Positions 41,701 through 54,716 of a stretch of DNA of 64,000 bases are shown one piece after another. The stretch is from Balanoglossus misakiensis (Eukaryota > Animalia > Hemichordata). Position numbers and translations under genes: made by a program. The notes under the pieces are model-generated. The model was not told the origin of the DNA, searched no databases, and worked only from the letters and a program-made list of their open reading frames with translations. The stretch spans positions 3,295,060 to 3,359,059 of the forward strand of contig CM082583.2 in NCBI GenBank assembly GCA_040954595.2. Reading direction: 5' to 3'. Each line of letters starts with the position of its first letter. The stretch's first letter is position 1.

Positions 41701-44700
41701 TCCTCCAAATGTAATATTCATGAAACCTAAAAACCCCAAGAGCACTTAGCATGGACTTCATTATCCAAATGTCAGTAACTATGATCATGGAAACTGACAA
41801 AGAGTTCAGGGATACACTGGAAAATGTTAATAGGAAAGATCATGAAAATTATTAAATTGCTTTCAATTGTGAACATTTTATGAGCATTAAAATGTAGAAT
41901 TTAGAGAAAGTGCATGTTTAAATGGTAAATTCATTAACCTTTGTATGATATGATATGATGAAGTAATATAGGGTTATACTCACAAAATACTACCATTCTT
42001 CGCTATCAAATGACGTCAGACGCGCTCAGGCGGCAGTTACGTGCGCATTCAAATTTCCAGATGACGGGCAACTTCAGCAACGTGGACTTACGTGGTGCAG
42101 ACAAAGACTGTGCAGATGAAATGCAACGAGGCTGATGAGATACCATACCTGATACATGTTACGTGTTTGGCGGTTCTAAAGTAAAAACATACTCGGAAAA
42201 ACTTTTACTGGATGCCGAAATATTGCTTGCCCGTCATCTGGAAATGACTGCGCCATGGGGAACATTGCCAGATCACGTGATTGATAGTAAAGAATTTGTT
42301 GGCTAGGTCTGACCATACACAATGTTTTGGACAAGTTGTACATGAGTCCATGGCTCTTCAAGTACATACCAGGTGTTTTTGTGTATAGTCCTATTTATAT
42401 AAGAGAATAGTACATAGACAGTCACACACAAACTCTTGTATACATCAGCCATATTTACAAACACAGAAGTTCAACAATGCCATAGGATTCAACAGTAGTG
42501 ACTGTAATAATTTCTTTTAAATTATTGATTTATTTTATACTTAACCACGTGTCTAAGTGTTGGTCCTGTTAATTATATATTACAAGGAAATACATGAGTT
42601 ATCAACAGAACCTACCAACAAGCTTATATGTAGATATGAGGTTCATGTCTTTGCAAATGAAAATTTCAATAACATCTGTTACAAATCTATCTGCAGGATG
42701 TGTGGCAACGCTAAAATGCAAACGGTAGGCTGTTCATATACCGGTATATGCCTTCTAGGTTATACACATTTGGAATGCTAGCTTCTACTGAGACATATTA
42801 CGTCAATACCAAGGGATTCAAAGCATTTTGGGTGTTACTGCTGGCAATTCACGTTCCAAGAGTGCACTTTATGCTCAAAACTTGCGTGTCCATTGTTTTC
42901 TGTGGATTTTATACTCCTGGTATTTTGAACCATTTCATAGCCTCTCAGCTCTCTTCATTTTCAGCCATGTAAGCCGCTTTTTGGTAGAATTATACAAGAC
43001 ATTTATCTGGCGAGAATAATTGATAAGCATGTTTTTCTATAAATTCCACACCGATTATCAGATATCACCCATGAAACCCTTCAAAATTTCACAAAATGAC
43101 AAGATGGATCTGTTGTATTTGGACAACCTAATCCATGCGAAGGTCTCTGAACAGGTATCTCAAGTTTTAACTTCTGAAATTTTGGAAAATTCTGTACAGA
43201 TTTGTAGGAGCTGAGTTGTTTCAAATAAGAGCTGTGAACATTTGATGAGGCAATTTTTCTATTTTCCATATGTACTGCATGATGCTTTTTTGTAAACAAT
43301 TTATTATATGTAGATAGATTACTTGAAATGACAGGCGCAATTATGTTTACAAAACTGTAAAATGGGTTATTTTCGCGACAGGAAATTTTCGCGATATCAA
43401 AAGAGGCAACTGTTATGCGAGGATTAATTTTCGCGTTTTCTTATTTCATTTACTGCATCGTTATCTCCAAAAAACATTTACGCGACTTTTTATTTTTGGC
43501 TCTTGCGCATTTCACGAAAATTTATTGCTCGCGAAAATAACCCGTTTTACAGTATTTCTCATAGTCTGTCTGGTTTGGCATCTGTCAGTTTTTGTCAACT
43601 GGGCTGCAGTTAGCCTGATGATCTCTCAGCTAAGTAAAAAAACAAGTAATTTACTTAATAGGCTTTTGCAGGTAAAGAATGCATGTACCGTAGTCAGGCA
43701 ATAATGGACATGACGGATTCTTAATCTACACTATCAAATGTCAAATTTCCTGTTCAATTCATGTGTATTGCTTGGACAATACAGAGTTGACCATTTCTTT
43801 ATATTAGTGATCTTTGTATATGCTTGAAGGAATAGTGAAAAGATGTGTGCTGTACTTGGAATGTTCAAGAATACTGTAGACAATCATTGTGTTTCAGGAA
43901 ATAACTTCAAATGGTTTCCTGCTCTGTGAAGGCCATGCTATGAGTTTAATATCAAGTATTGTCTAGAACACATTGAAGTATTTATTGTAATTTAAATTTC
44001 AAGAATGAAATGTGCCTTTGGAGATTTGATTACTTCAGTTTTGAATTTAATTCATTTTGGAAGTTCAAACAAAGGTATGATTTACTATGAGGAAAAAGTA
44101 TATTTTCTGCCAGGTAGCTACATACGGTATATACAGGTCATATTTTTGAGGAAATAGTACCTGGATGAAATATTGACTTACGGATGTATATAGTTATAAT
44201 TCAAAACTTTATTTGTCGAAAATTCTGAAAAGAAATTAATGCATCATACATTACTGTATTATACAGGGTTATGAAGTAACTAGCTCTACAGGCCATTTTA
44301 ATGTCATGACGTATGTTGCCATAGAAACTGAGTGGCTTGTGTCTCATTTACCTAATGTAGTTTATTTCCTTGCAGTATCAAACCTATCAACAATCAGGTC
44401 ACAGTCGCCATGGAAACGTGTTAAATATGACCTTCAAATATGGCTGAAGGTGCAGTCATCAAATTACATTGGTAGAGTCTTGCTCGGTTGCCTGTGTATA
44501 ATTATTAGAATTTGATGTGGTTTTTCATCTGAAAATGTCACTATTTCTAGATGGACTTAATATTGAGAACATCAAACATTTTGCAGTAGATTAGCAGCAG
44601 TGAACACAATATAAATCTGCCAAACATGTATGAAGGACTGACAGAATAGTCCCACATGTCATGTCAGTGTATCAAAAATAAGTGTGATTTTGGCAAAATT

Positions 44701-47700
44701 TGAATAAAAAATAATGTGATTTTCTCACAAAATTTAATGGCATTATTTCTCTATTGAGAGAGAATGGAGAATGCTAATATACCCAGTACTCCACTTGTCA
44801 ACAAACCCTGTATGTGTGTAACAACCATTGCTATTGTTGACAAATAAATTCTTGTCCACACTTGAATTCAAATTTTGCACAAAAACAGTTCTGACTATAC
44901 ACATAATTGTGTGATTAAAGCTAAATGCTGGCTATTTCATCATGTTTCAGGAATTTGAACAAGAAACTGCTGCAGTAGATACATATTAAAAGCAAAAAAA
45001 CCTGAAAACATACTGAAAGTTACAGCTAATTGAGCTTTAAGGGAGAATTCGTCTTGAAAATCAAAGTCATAAACTTTTTCTCATATTTTGGTCAAGGTAA
45101 CTTAGGTTATTTTCTCTTAAAATTGAGAAAAAAATTATGGGTCACCGTGCAAACTAGGTGACAGAGCAGAATTGTCTTAAATTGTCACAAATTTTAGCTT
45201 CAAAATGGCTGCCATTAAATGTATTAATTTAGTGATTTTCATAAAAACAAGATGGTGAACTGTCAGCTTTCTTCTTTGTTTTTAAAAAAAGGTGGGTGGA
45301 CGATGTTATTTTGAAACATTGTCCCCAGGGCAACTGTACTACCCTAAACTCAGGAAATTCATGCACATTTTCTGGAATCTGCACTCAATAAAGCTAGCTG
45401 TGAAATTGGTGGTATTATTGGCAAAAGTTGTTTCCACTTCAGTTGTTGAATAAAATCCTAAACAAAGGCTTATAATATTACGGAATTCTCTCTTAAATAG
45501 GGTTGTGCTACCTAGTTGAGTGATGAAAATCACATAGAGTCAACACGATTTCAAGATGGCATGTTTCAGAAATGGAAGTTCATAAGATAAAGTGATACTG
45601 GGTCATTCTGAAACTTTGTTACGGAAAAATACCAAATTTTGAAAAAAGTTAAATGAGTTTAATATGCTAACTATAAAGGCAGAAATTTATGATCAAAGGA
45701 AGTCATGAAATACCATTTCTTCAAGATTTACTATGGTGAGTTGTTGATATTTTACCCAGAATGCAATTATTATAATGTGGTTTGACCCCCAAGCATGAAG
45801 TAAAATACGTATTTAAAGTAGCCAGAATATTGATATTTTAATATTCAAATGTTGTCTGTTATCACACCTGTGTGGGAGAGCTCATCAGTGCATGTTTTCA
45901 TAGCTCTATTCCTTGCAGAGCAAAATCAGTGTACTACAGAATACCCGGGGGGATGCAACAGAGTTGATGAAAATTATAGCCATTTGGGTTAATGATACTG
46001 GAGCTAAATTGTACTTAAGATTTCTAAAATTTATATATGTGTGTACTTGTGTGTCCGATTTTAAAAGTAAAAGATAATATTTGTACCAAAACCGGATCAT
46101 AAAAAATGACAAGCATTCTGAAGAATTTGGGGGTTATTAGGATGCAACATGCGGCCGGGTGAATGCAGTTCAGCATTATTCTAGAGTTGTTTTATTCTCA
46201 AGTAGTTATCCACTCAAGCCACATACCTGTACTGAGCCAGAGGTTTTTATATCAATGCCCCATAATGCATTTTCTATCACAGATTCACAACATCAACCTT
46301 CCATTAAACATTTTCTTGTAAAATCTCAGATTACTGTCCATGATAATCCAAAATTACCTTATCTTTCATGGGTGACAGTTTCATGCAAGGATAGGGTCCA
46401 TCCTGCCTGCTCATTGTTTACAGGTATACACCAGTAGTGTACACCAACATTCTAGACACTTTTTGTTGTTGATATTTTTGTTTATTGGTTGGCTGTACTT
46501 TAAAGAAGTAGAAGAAAGACCGACTTCATAGATCACAACATGTACCTAAAATTTTCATTATTCTATGAAAATTTATGTTTTGACATAATTTGATATTCTT
46601 TTGTGCATATAGAGATATAATGGAACTGCGTGAAATGGCCACTGAAATGCATCGAAGTATTGATATCAAACCATGGACAATTGAAGCTGTCAGAGATACC
46701 AAATTGGAAATGGATAAATCGCAATCTTCACTCAGTGGAATTGAATCTTCAGTTGACGTCTCGGTATGTACAGTACATGTTCAATATTATGTATGATGGC
46801 TTTTCATTGTGGTCCTGAATTGATCAAAACTGTAATTAAGTCCAGGGTAATGAGCTCTGATATACATTGAAAATTAATTACCACTTGCGTTCCATCCCAC
46901 TGAAATTTCTGTATTGTCCTTTATGGTTGGTTAGGGGCCGTGGATAATTAAAACATGTGCACGGTAAAAAACAATTTCTGTAATGGGGAGGGGGTTTGGC
47001 TGTACAATGTACCGGTATTTATATTACCGTGTGCAAAAATCGCACTACACATTTTTATATCACAATATCTTGCTTGTCATGTAGATATGTATATATATCT
47101 GGTGCAAAATTTAAAATGAAATCTGAACTAGAATTTAGCTCTAGCTTGCTGTTTTGGGTTGATCAAGATATTGCATTTGATACTCAGAACATGAAGACTG
47201 TATATAGCCAAAAACTACTTTAGGGACTTGTAACTGATTTTGCAAGTCTAAGGAAGATCTTGGTTCAAAGGTCAAGTTCTTTGCAGTTAATATTATTTGA
47301 TTAGAGTTAGAGACTTTTGTCTTAATTGTGATTGAAAAATTTGCAGCTTTGGCAGTACATTCCATGTACTGTTATAGGAGTAGCTTAAAGCGTTTGATAG
47401 AAAGACATAGTAAATAATAAAGACTACATCTACCATTCATAAATTGTGCAATTTGATAACTACATGATTGAACAGTGCAACTGTGAATAGAACAGTATAT
47501 GGTGGAATGTGAAACTCAATCATCTAATGTGAAAAGATGTTCTTCTACCGGTATTGCTTGGAGTAGCTTCAATGGCTGAGAATAGTCATGTCAGATTTGA
47601 AGTAAACTGCATGAAATGAAAGCATATTCTCCAATTCACTACTTTAGGGAACATGGTTGGCTTTGCATTAAAAAGCCTTTAGATGGATAGCAGTGAATAT

Positions 47701-48149
47701 AGTATGACTATTGTATGCCAGATGGACATTTTGAAATTGTATTGGTGATATGCAAATTTATACAACATTGCTTACAGTAAATTTGGAGAGTAAAAAGACA
47801 GTGATAGAAATCGTCTCCTTCCTATTCATGAAATTTCAACAGCTACATACTCACAGTGTGCTGTTGCTATAGTGTTGACCTAGCTGTAACTATATTCTGA
47901 TCTGAATATTTAGAATACGTAATTTGCTCACGTTTTACTTTTTAGTCTTTTCTCCTGACTAGTCACACATTTCAATTAAATATTAATTCTAATTATCCCA
48001 TCCATTGTCTTTTGTTGTCTTGACTACAGCTGAGCTCATTCGACAGAAGAAGACAGCGAAAGTGTGTGTGTTTGGTGACAGTGACACTTTCCTCATTAAT
48101 TGTGTTTGCAATTGTTCTGGCAGTGTGCCTTACAACACTATCTCCATGA
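29788..48149 (+). CDS. RGS7BP: Regulator of G-protein signalling 7/9-binding protein family (R7BP/R9AP-like), ~282 aa, with C-terminal TM anchor
   Basis: Exons 29788-29931, 37364-37530, 38760-38890, 40655-40790, 46613-46763 and 48030-48149 are in phase. LVNEFNCATAYYRNLVIALGGSNDSECLRDEIKKVR and DIMELREMATEMHRSIDIKPWTIE resemble R7BP/R9AP. Tail RRRQRKCVCLVTVTLSSLIVFAIVLAVCL. Confidence 0.8.
31579..31775. repeat. Local tandem duplication (~80-bp unit, ~112-bp period)
   Basis: TTGATGCGTTTTAAG.GAAAAAAACTTAATTTTATTT.TCAAGTGAATTCTCTTTCTAAAAGTTGATATCTCATGGACAAA occurs twice. Confidence 0.85.
32321..32580. repeat. Dispersed ~260-bp repeat, second copy at ~44771-45030
   Basis: ATGCTAATATACCCAGTA.TCC.CTTGTCAAC...CCCTGTATGTGTGTAAC...AAAGTTACAGC is shared. 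Confidence 0.7.
34796..35732. repeat. Pair of ~87-bp direct repeats (34796-34883 and 35646-35732) enclosing MITE fragments
   Basis: TTAGATCAGCATTTCAATA.TTACACCATATCTTT...GTGGTTCTATGTG.AAGGTACTG occurs twice. Confidence 0.8.
35067..35251. mobile_element. Kolobok-like MITE, family copy 2 (reverse orientation)
   Basis: TTAA|AGGTATACGGTCACC...GGTGACTGTATACCT|TTAA. Confidence 0.85.
36042..36231. mobile_element. TA-TSD MITE (CTGTAAAA...TTTTACAG; Tc1/mariner-like); copy at 43355-43552 and an end fragment at ~37594
   Basis: TA|CTGTAAAATAGGTAATTTTCGCG...CACCCGTTTTACAG|TA with internal TTCGCG repeats. Confidence 0.75.
41968..42394. mobile_element. Old MITE with short TIRs and subterminal inverted repeats (possibly AT-TSD, ISL2EU-type non-autonomous)
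   Basis: ATAGGGTTATAC...GTATAGTCCTAT ends. Internal inverted pair TTTCCAGATGACGGGCAA / TTGCCCGTCATCTGGAAA. Confidence 0.5.
43355..43552. mobile_element. TA-TSD-type MITE, second copy of the 36042 family
   Basis: CTGTAAAATGGGTTATTTTCGCGA...TCGCGAAAATAACCCGTTTTACAG|TA. Confidence 0.8.
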
Positions 48150-48972
48150 CAACAATAACCATGGCAACTGTTCTGGGATTTATGGTGTTGCCTTAAGAGG
48201 AAGCCGAGACACAAAACAGATGTGAAGTATCTTCACATGATGGTGATGACAGTCTAAATCCAGTTGGATCTACTCATGTTTTATTGAGGGAATCATGAAT
48301 GTTCAATCAAGTCAGCCCTCTATCGACTGCGCTGCAATTCAAATGGAGCCAAGTACTGTAGAAAGCAGTAAACATCTCCATGAGGACTGCTTGAAGAATG
48401 CAAGATTGAATGTAATGATATTATGACGCAACTTCTCCTCGAGATGTTCTCTTGCACAGGATGGGCGGTTGATTGCATTTAATGTCAGCTGACGGAGATG
48501 ATGGTGATTAATTCTGTTGAGAGCGGTCTCAGGTCTTCCATTTATGTTCAGAAGCACTGGAAATTCCAGGAAGACTTAATAATGTGATGTTGCCATGGAA
48601 ACACTTTGGGAAGACTGTTTCCTACTTTGTGGAAAATGACTATCGGCAGTAAATGCTATACTTAAAAACAGTCCAAGTGTCTGAAGCAGTAATTGTTTAC
48701 AGTCATGTTGTTAATGTTCCATATCATACAGAACATCAGTTGGTGATCGACTGATAAATTCCCTTACACATTTTATCTTCATCTGTGTATATTAACAGAC
48801 TGATTGTCATTCTAATATTCTTCCATTGAAATGAAAACTGCTTCATAATGAAATTTTAATGTGTATATATATGTATATAGACATACAGATTATGTGGTTC
48901 GACTGGTCCAATAGAAAGTGCTCAATACTAAAGCAGAGCGGAATATAAAGTAAGGGTAAATGGTAGGCAGTA

Positions 48973-49033
48973 TAATCTCTACCGTACAACGTTGTTGTTT
49001 TGTGAGTTACTGGACTCACTCATCAGGAGACTA
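48973..49033 (-). ncRNA. Degenerate type I hammerhead ribozyme motif (Penelope-like element remnant) with an inverted partial copy at 49041-49094
   Basis: Minus strand reads UAGUCUC-CUGAUGA-GUGAGU(ccagua)ACUCAC-AAAAC...GUA-GAGAUUA. Stems I and II pair, and the core GAAA is mutated to AAAA. Confidence 0.7.
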
Positions 49034-49401
49034 AACTGGCTGAGTGAGTCCAGTGACTCACAAACAACATTGTAGAGATTACCGTCTATCATTTCTCCAG
49101 CTAGCCTTACTCTATGTATATGCATTATCCTATGATGTCTGTGTGTTAAGGAATTTTACATTTCCAATTATGCTTTAGTCCCAGAATTAGTGTATGTCAT
49201 TGATTGTATGTGTGTGTGTACTGAGTGATGCAGGGGGGTCAATTAATTGGGTGGCAATCTCTTCATGCAGATCACTTGTTTCAGTGGTATCTGAAAGACT
49301 ACAGTGATGATGTGTGGTACTTAATATGTGTCCTTTTTAAATAAAGCTTGGCTGAGGGATTCCTATCAATTGACCAGATTGAAATTGCGGTGTTATTATT
49401 A

Positions 49402-49583
49402 CCGTTAAAGTCATTTTATAAGTCGCAGCGGTATTATAAGTCGCACCCCTTCTTTGAAAGACTTGTTTGGGAGGAGATTTTAAGGAAATGAATACAACAG
49501 AACATTGGTATTATAAGTCGCACCCCCTTTTCGGCACACACTGTCACTCAAAAAAGGTGCGTCTTATAAAATGACTTTAACGG
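49402..49583. mobile_element. Tc2/pogo-like MITE (TA TSD, CCGT ends)
   Basis: TA|CCGTTAAAGTCATTTTATAAG...CTTATAAAATGACTTTAACGG|TA with internal TATAAGTCGCA repeats. Confidence 0.8.
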
Positions 49584-49683
49584 TAGTCCCTGTGGACAAA
49601 GTGGAGAAGGGGTTATTAATGGACAAATTGGGCTGTACTGTTATATGATGTACATGTACATGTCATGACTATTAATATTATCC

Positions 49684-49748
49684 GATGGATGGATGGATGG
49701 ATGGATGGATGAATGAATGAATGAATGAATGAATGAATGAATGAATGA
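49684..49748. repeat. Compound (GGAT)n(GAAT)n microsatellite
   Basis: Direct reading. Confidence 0.9.
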
Positions 49749-51144
49749 CATAACATTTAACAAGATGTTTATGTACGGTGTGTTACAGACTTTCATGGTA
49801 CCACCATATTAAAAGTGCTCCAGCACGTCAAGATCTATTCATCTAAAAACTCATTACTATGTACATTTTTGGTCAACTCACAGAACATATTACAAGAAAC
49901 ACATCCAGTCTGTATATATTCAAAGTGTGTATCTTTTTTTAAGATTTCTATTTGCAAGGAAATTCAATTTCATTTCATTTACACCAGATTCCATGCCTTT
50001 ACTGTAGAATTGAGAAAAAAGTACATGAATTTACAGAGTGACATGTACCATATTCTTAATGTATATCAAATTTGCCAAACTCATCCATTTTATAGTAGTC
50101 AATCTCTTGTCATAGCATTTAGATTTATATTGTAACAGCATTTTGAACAATTGCCAAGAATTGAATACACTTTCGAGTCCTTCTTTGTCTAGACTTGCAG
50201 AGCTTGGTGGATGGTCCATCTTTCCAGTGTTAATTGTCACTCGGAACACGTACAGTAGGCAGTCTCTGTAATTCTTATTTCAGTTTCATGAAGTAAATAG
50301 AATCACACTCCTATGTGTTTTGATATCACGTCTGTTGTGTACTTCAGCACATGTTGAACTATAAATGTCATTCCCTTGATAAATTGCTAGCAATGTGCTA
50401 AAAATGTGTTGGCACACTACTGGGATTTTATTAGGGTGTCTACTAGCTGGTATATCTGTACTGTACTAAATTCACATGTACACACATCTTTGTCTTGCCA
50501 AATATTCATGAATATGCAATGAAATGTGAATGGTAAACATGTTTGAAATTTCGTGTCATTTTATGACAAAATATTTTGCTAAGGCCAATGACTGACTTAC
50601 TGTACCAAATTTTAAACCTGTCAACCCTAAACTTTTTTAGGCTACCTTAATGCAGAAGTTAAAAGAATTTAATTTCTGCACACACACACAAAAAGCAAAA
50701 TCATCTGAGACTAGGAATGACATAACATCATTTATATAAAAAAAAATGTCCTACCTACCTACCTTATTTCTTAAAAGCGTATTGTTGAAACCACACTTTT
50801 TTGTTTGTTTATTTTACCTAATCAACTGGAGAATCAAAAAATGGCCACCAACAATTCAGTCTGAGTTCATTCCATTCCTGCACAGTTGCATTGACAGCCA
50901 AAAATTGGAAATCAGGTCGGCTGAGATGTAACAAACTATTTAGAGATGTATCAAAAGTTTGATGTTTATATCAATTTTCATATGCAAATGTAATGCTAAT
51001 CCAAATGCTGTGCCCAGGCATCTTTTTTGTATCCAGACCAGACCACGCAAGAATAATTACGCTTTCAGATTTACAAATACATGTTTAAACAGTGGTGCAG
51101 TGCATTATGAGCTAATGTAACTTGTTCTGATTTTTGTCTGTTAA

Positions 51145-51416
51145 AGGGACATAGTCTCTCTCTAGCCCCCCCTTTTCCATTACTTATGTTTGATACAAGA
51201 CACTGTTTATGTTATTCTACATGTAGATATATAGTGAATCAAAGTTCGACCACACACAGGGAGTAAAAACTTGCCAAAAATGAATAAACGGTAGAGACCG
51301 ATTATTAATTTTGGCGAGTTTTTTCACTCTCGTGTCTACAAGTGGGATGGAAGTCATGCGTCTTGTATCAAACATAATTAATGGAAAGGGGGCAGCGAGA
51401 GAGAGACTTTGTCCCT
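51145..51416. mobile_element. Kolobok-like MITE (TTAA TSD, ~55-bp imperfect TIR AGGGACA.AGTC); related end at ~33108
   Basis: TTAA|AGGGACATAGTCTCTCTC...TATGTTTGATACAAGAC / GTCTTGTATCAAACATAA...GAGAGACTTTGTCCCT|TTAA. Confidence 0.82.
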
Positions 51417-52086
51417 TTAACACAATATCTCATGAATGACTAATCAAGTTTGGTGTTCAGGTATTATTTTGAGATGGTATTAAAGACCTGATTAGATTTT
51501 CAATTTTCAACTTGATATAGAAAAAAAGTGATATTAATTAAACATGGCTAGTGCCGATAAAGCCCTGTCGTGTGCGGTGATATTGCCCGCTGGGTTGTTT
51601 TGGTGTTCTGTGCATGACTTCTGCGCATAACAAACTGTCGTTCAATGGCTTCCTCTACGATCAGTCAACTCCCACATCTATGGCTTCAAAGCGACACACA
51701 GGATTAACACCTGTTCAATAGGACAATTTTTTAATGCAATCTGACAGTAAATACATATACACCAAAATCGCAACCAACAGCACAGCTAGTATCCTCAAAA
51801 TTGAACTATATACAGTACAGTGACAGTTCTTGGGGGATCAAGACCTAGCCTATGTATGACATGGACGCAACATTAAATATGTTCTTCTATCCTGTGTGTA
51901 CATTCAAATGTTCGGCTTTATAAAATTAATAACACATGATGCTCGGGCAACATTACGATTTGAAGCCTGCCCTCGGGCTGGTGCTCTCTGACCATAATAT
52001 TGATGATACCCTCGCTTGCGGCTGTAGAGAGGATCACCATCCCTCGTGCAGGCTGCAAATCATGATGTTGCCCTCGCTACCAGTGT

Positions 52087-52406
52087 TAGCAATAAAACAC
52101 CCCCAGCCATGGTATACCACGAGATTTTGACCAGTTCACGACATATACGCACTCGCTATCGCTCGTGCATATATGGAGTTGAACTGGTCAAAATCGAGTG
52201 GTATACCATGGCTGGGGTGTTTTATTGCTATTATATTATACCAGTATTTGAAACTTTGCATAAAACATTTTAAAAAGGTATTTTCCTTGACTATGAGTTT
52301 TGCATATATATGACTGTGGTATATGACGAATATATCACAGTCACGTGTCGTGTCTCGACCAATAAAATAGCGTGATTTACACCATCAATATACTGGTATA
52401 ATATAA
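52087..52406. mobile_element. Complete double-hairpin (A-A' B-B') repeat, possibly Crypton-like
   Basis: Hairpin A at 52087-52230 abuts hairpin B at 52231-52406. No TSD is visible. Confidence 0.72.
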
Positions 52407-52464
52407 TATTTAAATATTGACTTCACAGAGAACTGAATGTAATGTGACAAATTCAGCAGTGTCA

Positions 52465-52571
52465 TAGTCTCGGTTACCCAGACTCTCTTCCTCTCTTATT
52501 CTCGTCTTCAGAGGGCACAGCGCCCTCTGAAGACGAGAGAAAGAGTAAGAGAGTCTGGGTAACCAAGACTA
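52465..52571. mobile_element. 107-bp hairpin Academ-like MITE with the same terminus as the 3007 element, 8-bp TSD CAGTGTCA
   Basis: TAGTCTCGGTTACCCAGAC...GTCTGGGTAACCAAGACTA with CAGTGTCA on both flanks. Confidence 0.85.
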
Positions 52572-54488
52572 CAGTGTCATTGTAAATGGTTGCTAATTTG
52601 CATATTAATTGATTTTGTAAGTTCTAATTAAGTTGCTGTACTGAATGTTATTCTTCTTTTATTCATAATGTCCAGAAATGTTTTGTTTAGTCAGGACAAC
52701 CACAATCTCAGGCGAATGTCAACATTCCGGTATGTTAATTAAATGACAAACACATCTCAGACGTCAAATTCAAGAATTACATGTCAAATTACGTTCATGC
52801 ACTCCTTCCAAGTCACGTTGTTCTAAATTTACACTTTTTATCCATAAAAAAATTAAGGTGGGATTGCCAAAAAGATATCCGTCCACTTTTGCCCCTAATC
52901 ATTGGATATACACTCTGACTGGAGTGATAAAATACTTTTGACAACTTGGATTGCAACCAGAATCAGCAGCCACAGTGTAGAACAATTTTAATTGTGATTT
53001 GTGCTAATTGTTATTTGATCTTAAGAAACTACTACCAATTTCAAAAATATGAAAATTACAAGTGAACCACATTAATTAACTGACAAATGCAATTAATAAT
53101 TTGTTGCCGTTTGCATTTTTAAACCAAAGAATTTCAATTCAAAATGATTTTCTCAAAATGTTGTGACATCAAATAGTCTGATACTGACACCACAAATTTA
53201 AATTTCTTTTGGTCAACTTTTTTACAAATTTTCAAAGAAATGAATGTGGTGGTGGAACAGAGTTTGCTATTTACATAGAGAAGGCGCAATGGATGACTGA
53301 AACAAAGATCTTCAGGTGTAATCTGAGCTGGAACCTTCATTTCACAATTGTCTCATACCATTCTCCCTTTCAAGGGAAGATAGCAATTGTTTGATTACTA
53401 CCCTAATAGGTAATACATGTAATTTGAATGAAATTCAACTCTGGGTTTGCTTGTTCCGTAGTCCATATAGCTTGTAACCATGGCAACACTGAGAAAGCAT
53501 ATTAACCACTGACTGGTACATACATCAGGTCACAAGAGAGTCAATAAACTTCGTCAACTCTGATGATGGATACTGCACACTCGGACACCATAGAGGGAGC
53601 TATTCAGATAAAGCAGCTGATGCAGGGACAGTATTGTACAAAACCAGTTTGTCACAAGAAATGGAATACATTTATTCAATGATAGTACAGGTCAGAAAAG
53701 TAGAACATTAAAATGATGACAACATAAAATAAAAATACAAAGCTGTACATTAGATGCAAAAAAGAAACTTTCCATGTATAGGTTTTATTGAATAAAATGG
53801 GTTAAAATTTGGAATAACTGCATAAGATGTGTAACTCATTTTCTATAATATATGTTTTATAATCTCCATAATAATAAGATGCATAAATTTTCATTCAAGT
53901 AGAACCTGACTAAAGAGGTTGTACTAGTAAATCATACAGCAGGCAGTGTTAACGTTATCAGTGTGTTACATATTGGTCAATAAAAATAATAATCTTTGAA
54001 TCAATACATTCATTAATCTCCCAAATGCACTATGTTCATTATATACTGGAAGACATGGAAACTTGTTGAAGTACAAACCCAAGAAATATTTTAACCACTG
54101 TTTGTGGGTTGCATACACAATGATACGAAAGACATTGCTCAAATGCCACACTTCCACTCAAATGATTCGGTAATGGCTGTATTCAGTCAAAAGAGTTTAG
54201 TAATAACTTGAAAGTTGCATAAACTAATTTACATAAGAATAAATGATTACAAAATGTATTTTAGCCAACTGTAATTACCTCCGCCATATTAAAATTAAAA
54301 GTTCAACATTTTTCAAATGTACCTTAATATCTCTAGAAGTACCATATATAGAAACTTGGTTGTAACTTGTATTTATGATCTTGGTTTCTGTTTATAAACT
54401 AGCCTCCAACATCAGTCATCAGGTTATGGATGGTAAAAGTCACTGTCAATGACATGGTCCCCGCTACAGCAATGGCTCTGGATATTAA

Positions 54489-54640
54489 AGGTATACGCTC
54501 ACGTCTAATTTACATACGCCCATATATGGCTGAAAAGGCGTATTTGAGAACATATGAAGAACATATGGTGGCGCTCTTTTTTCGCTTGTGCCACCCACTG
54601 AAAATCTGTGATTGGCTAGATCTCGATTTGCCATGGTAAC
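54489..54640. mobile_element. Kolobok-like MITE, family copy 3 (truncated), in the receptor gene's 3' region
   Basis: TTAA|AGGTATACGCTCAC...GTGCCACCCACTGAAAATCTGTGATTGG...CCATGGTAAC. Confidence 0.75.
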
Positions 54641-54716
54641 CAACAGTAATACTTTATATGTCAAAAATCAAAGATGTGTTTCCCTTTAGGATATTCAGCA
54701 ACGGTTTCCAAATAGT

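Noticed and set aside
48005-48196. ORF-track frame for the last R7BP-like exon
   Set aside because: The phase-0 splice from 46763 selects the other frame (LSSFDRRRQRKCVC...).
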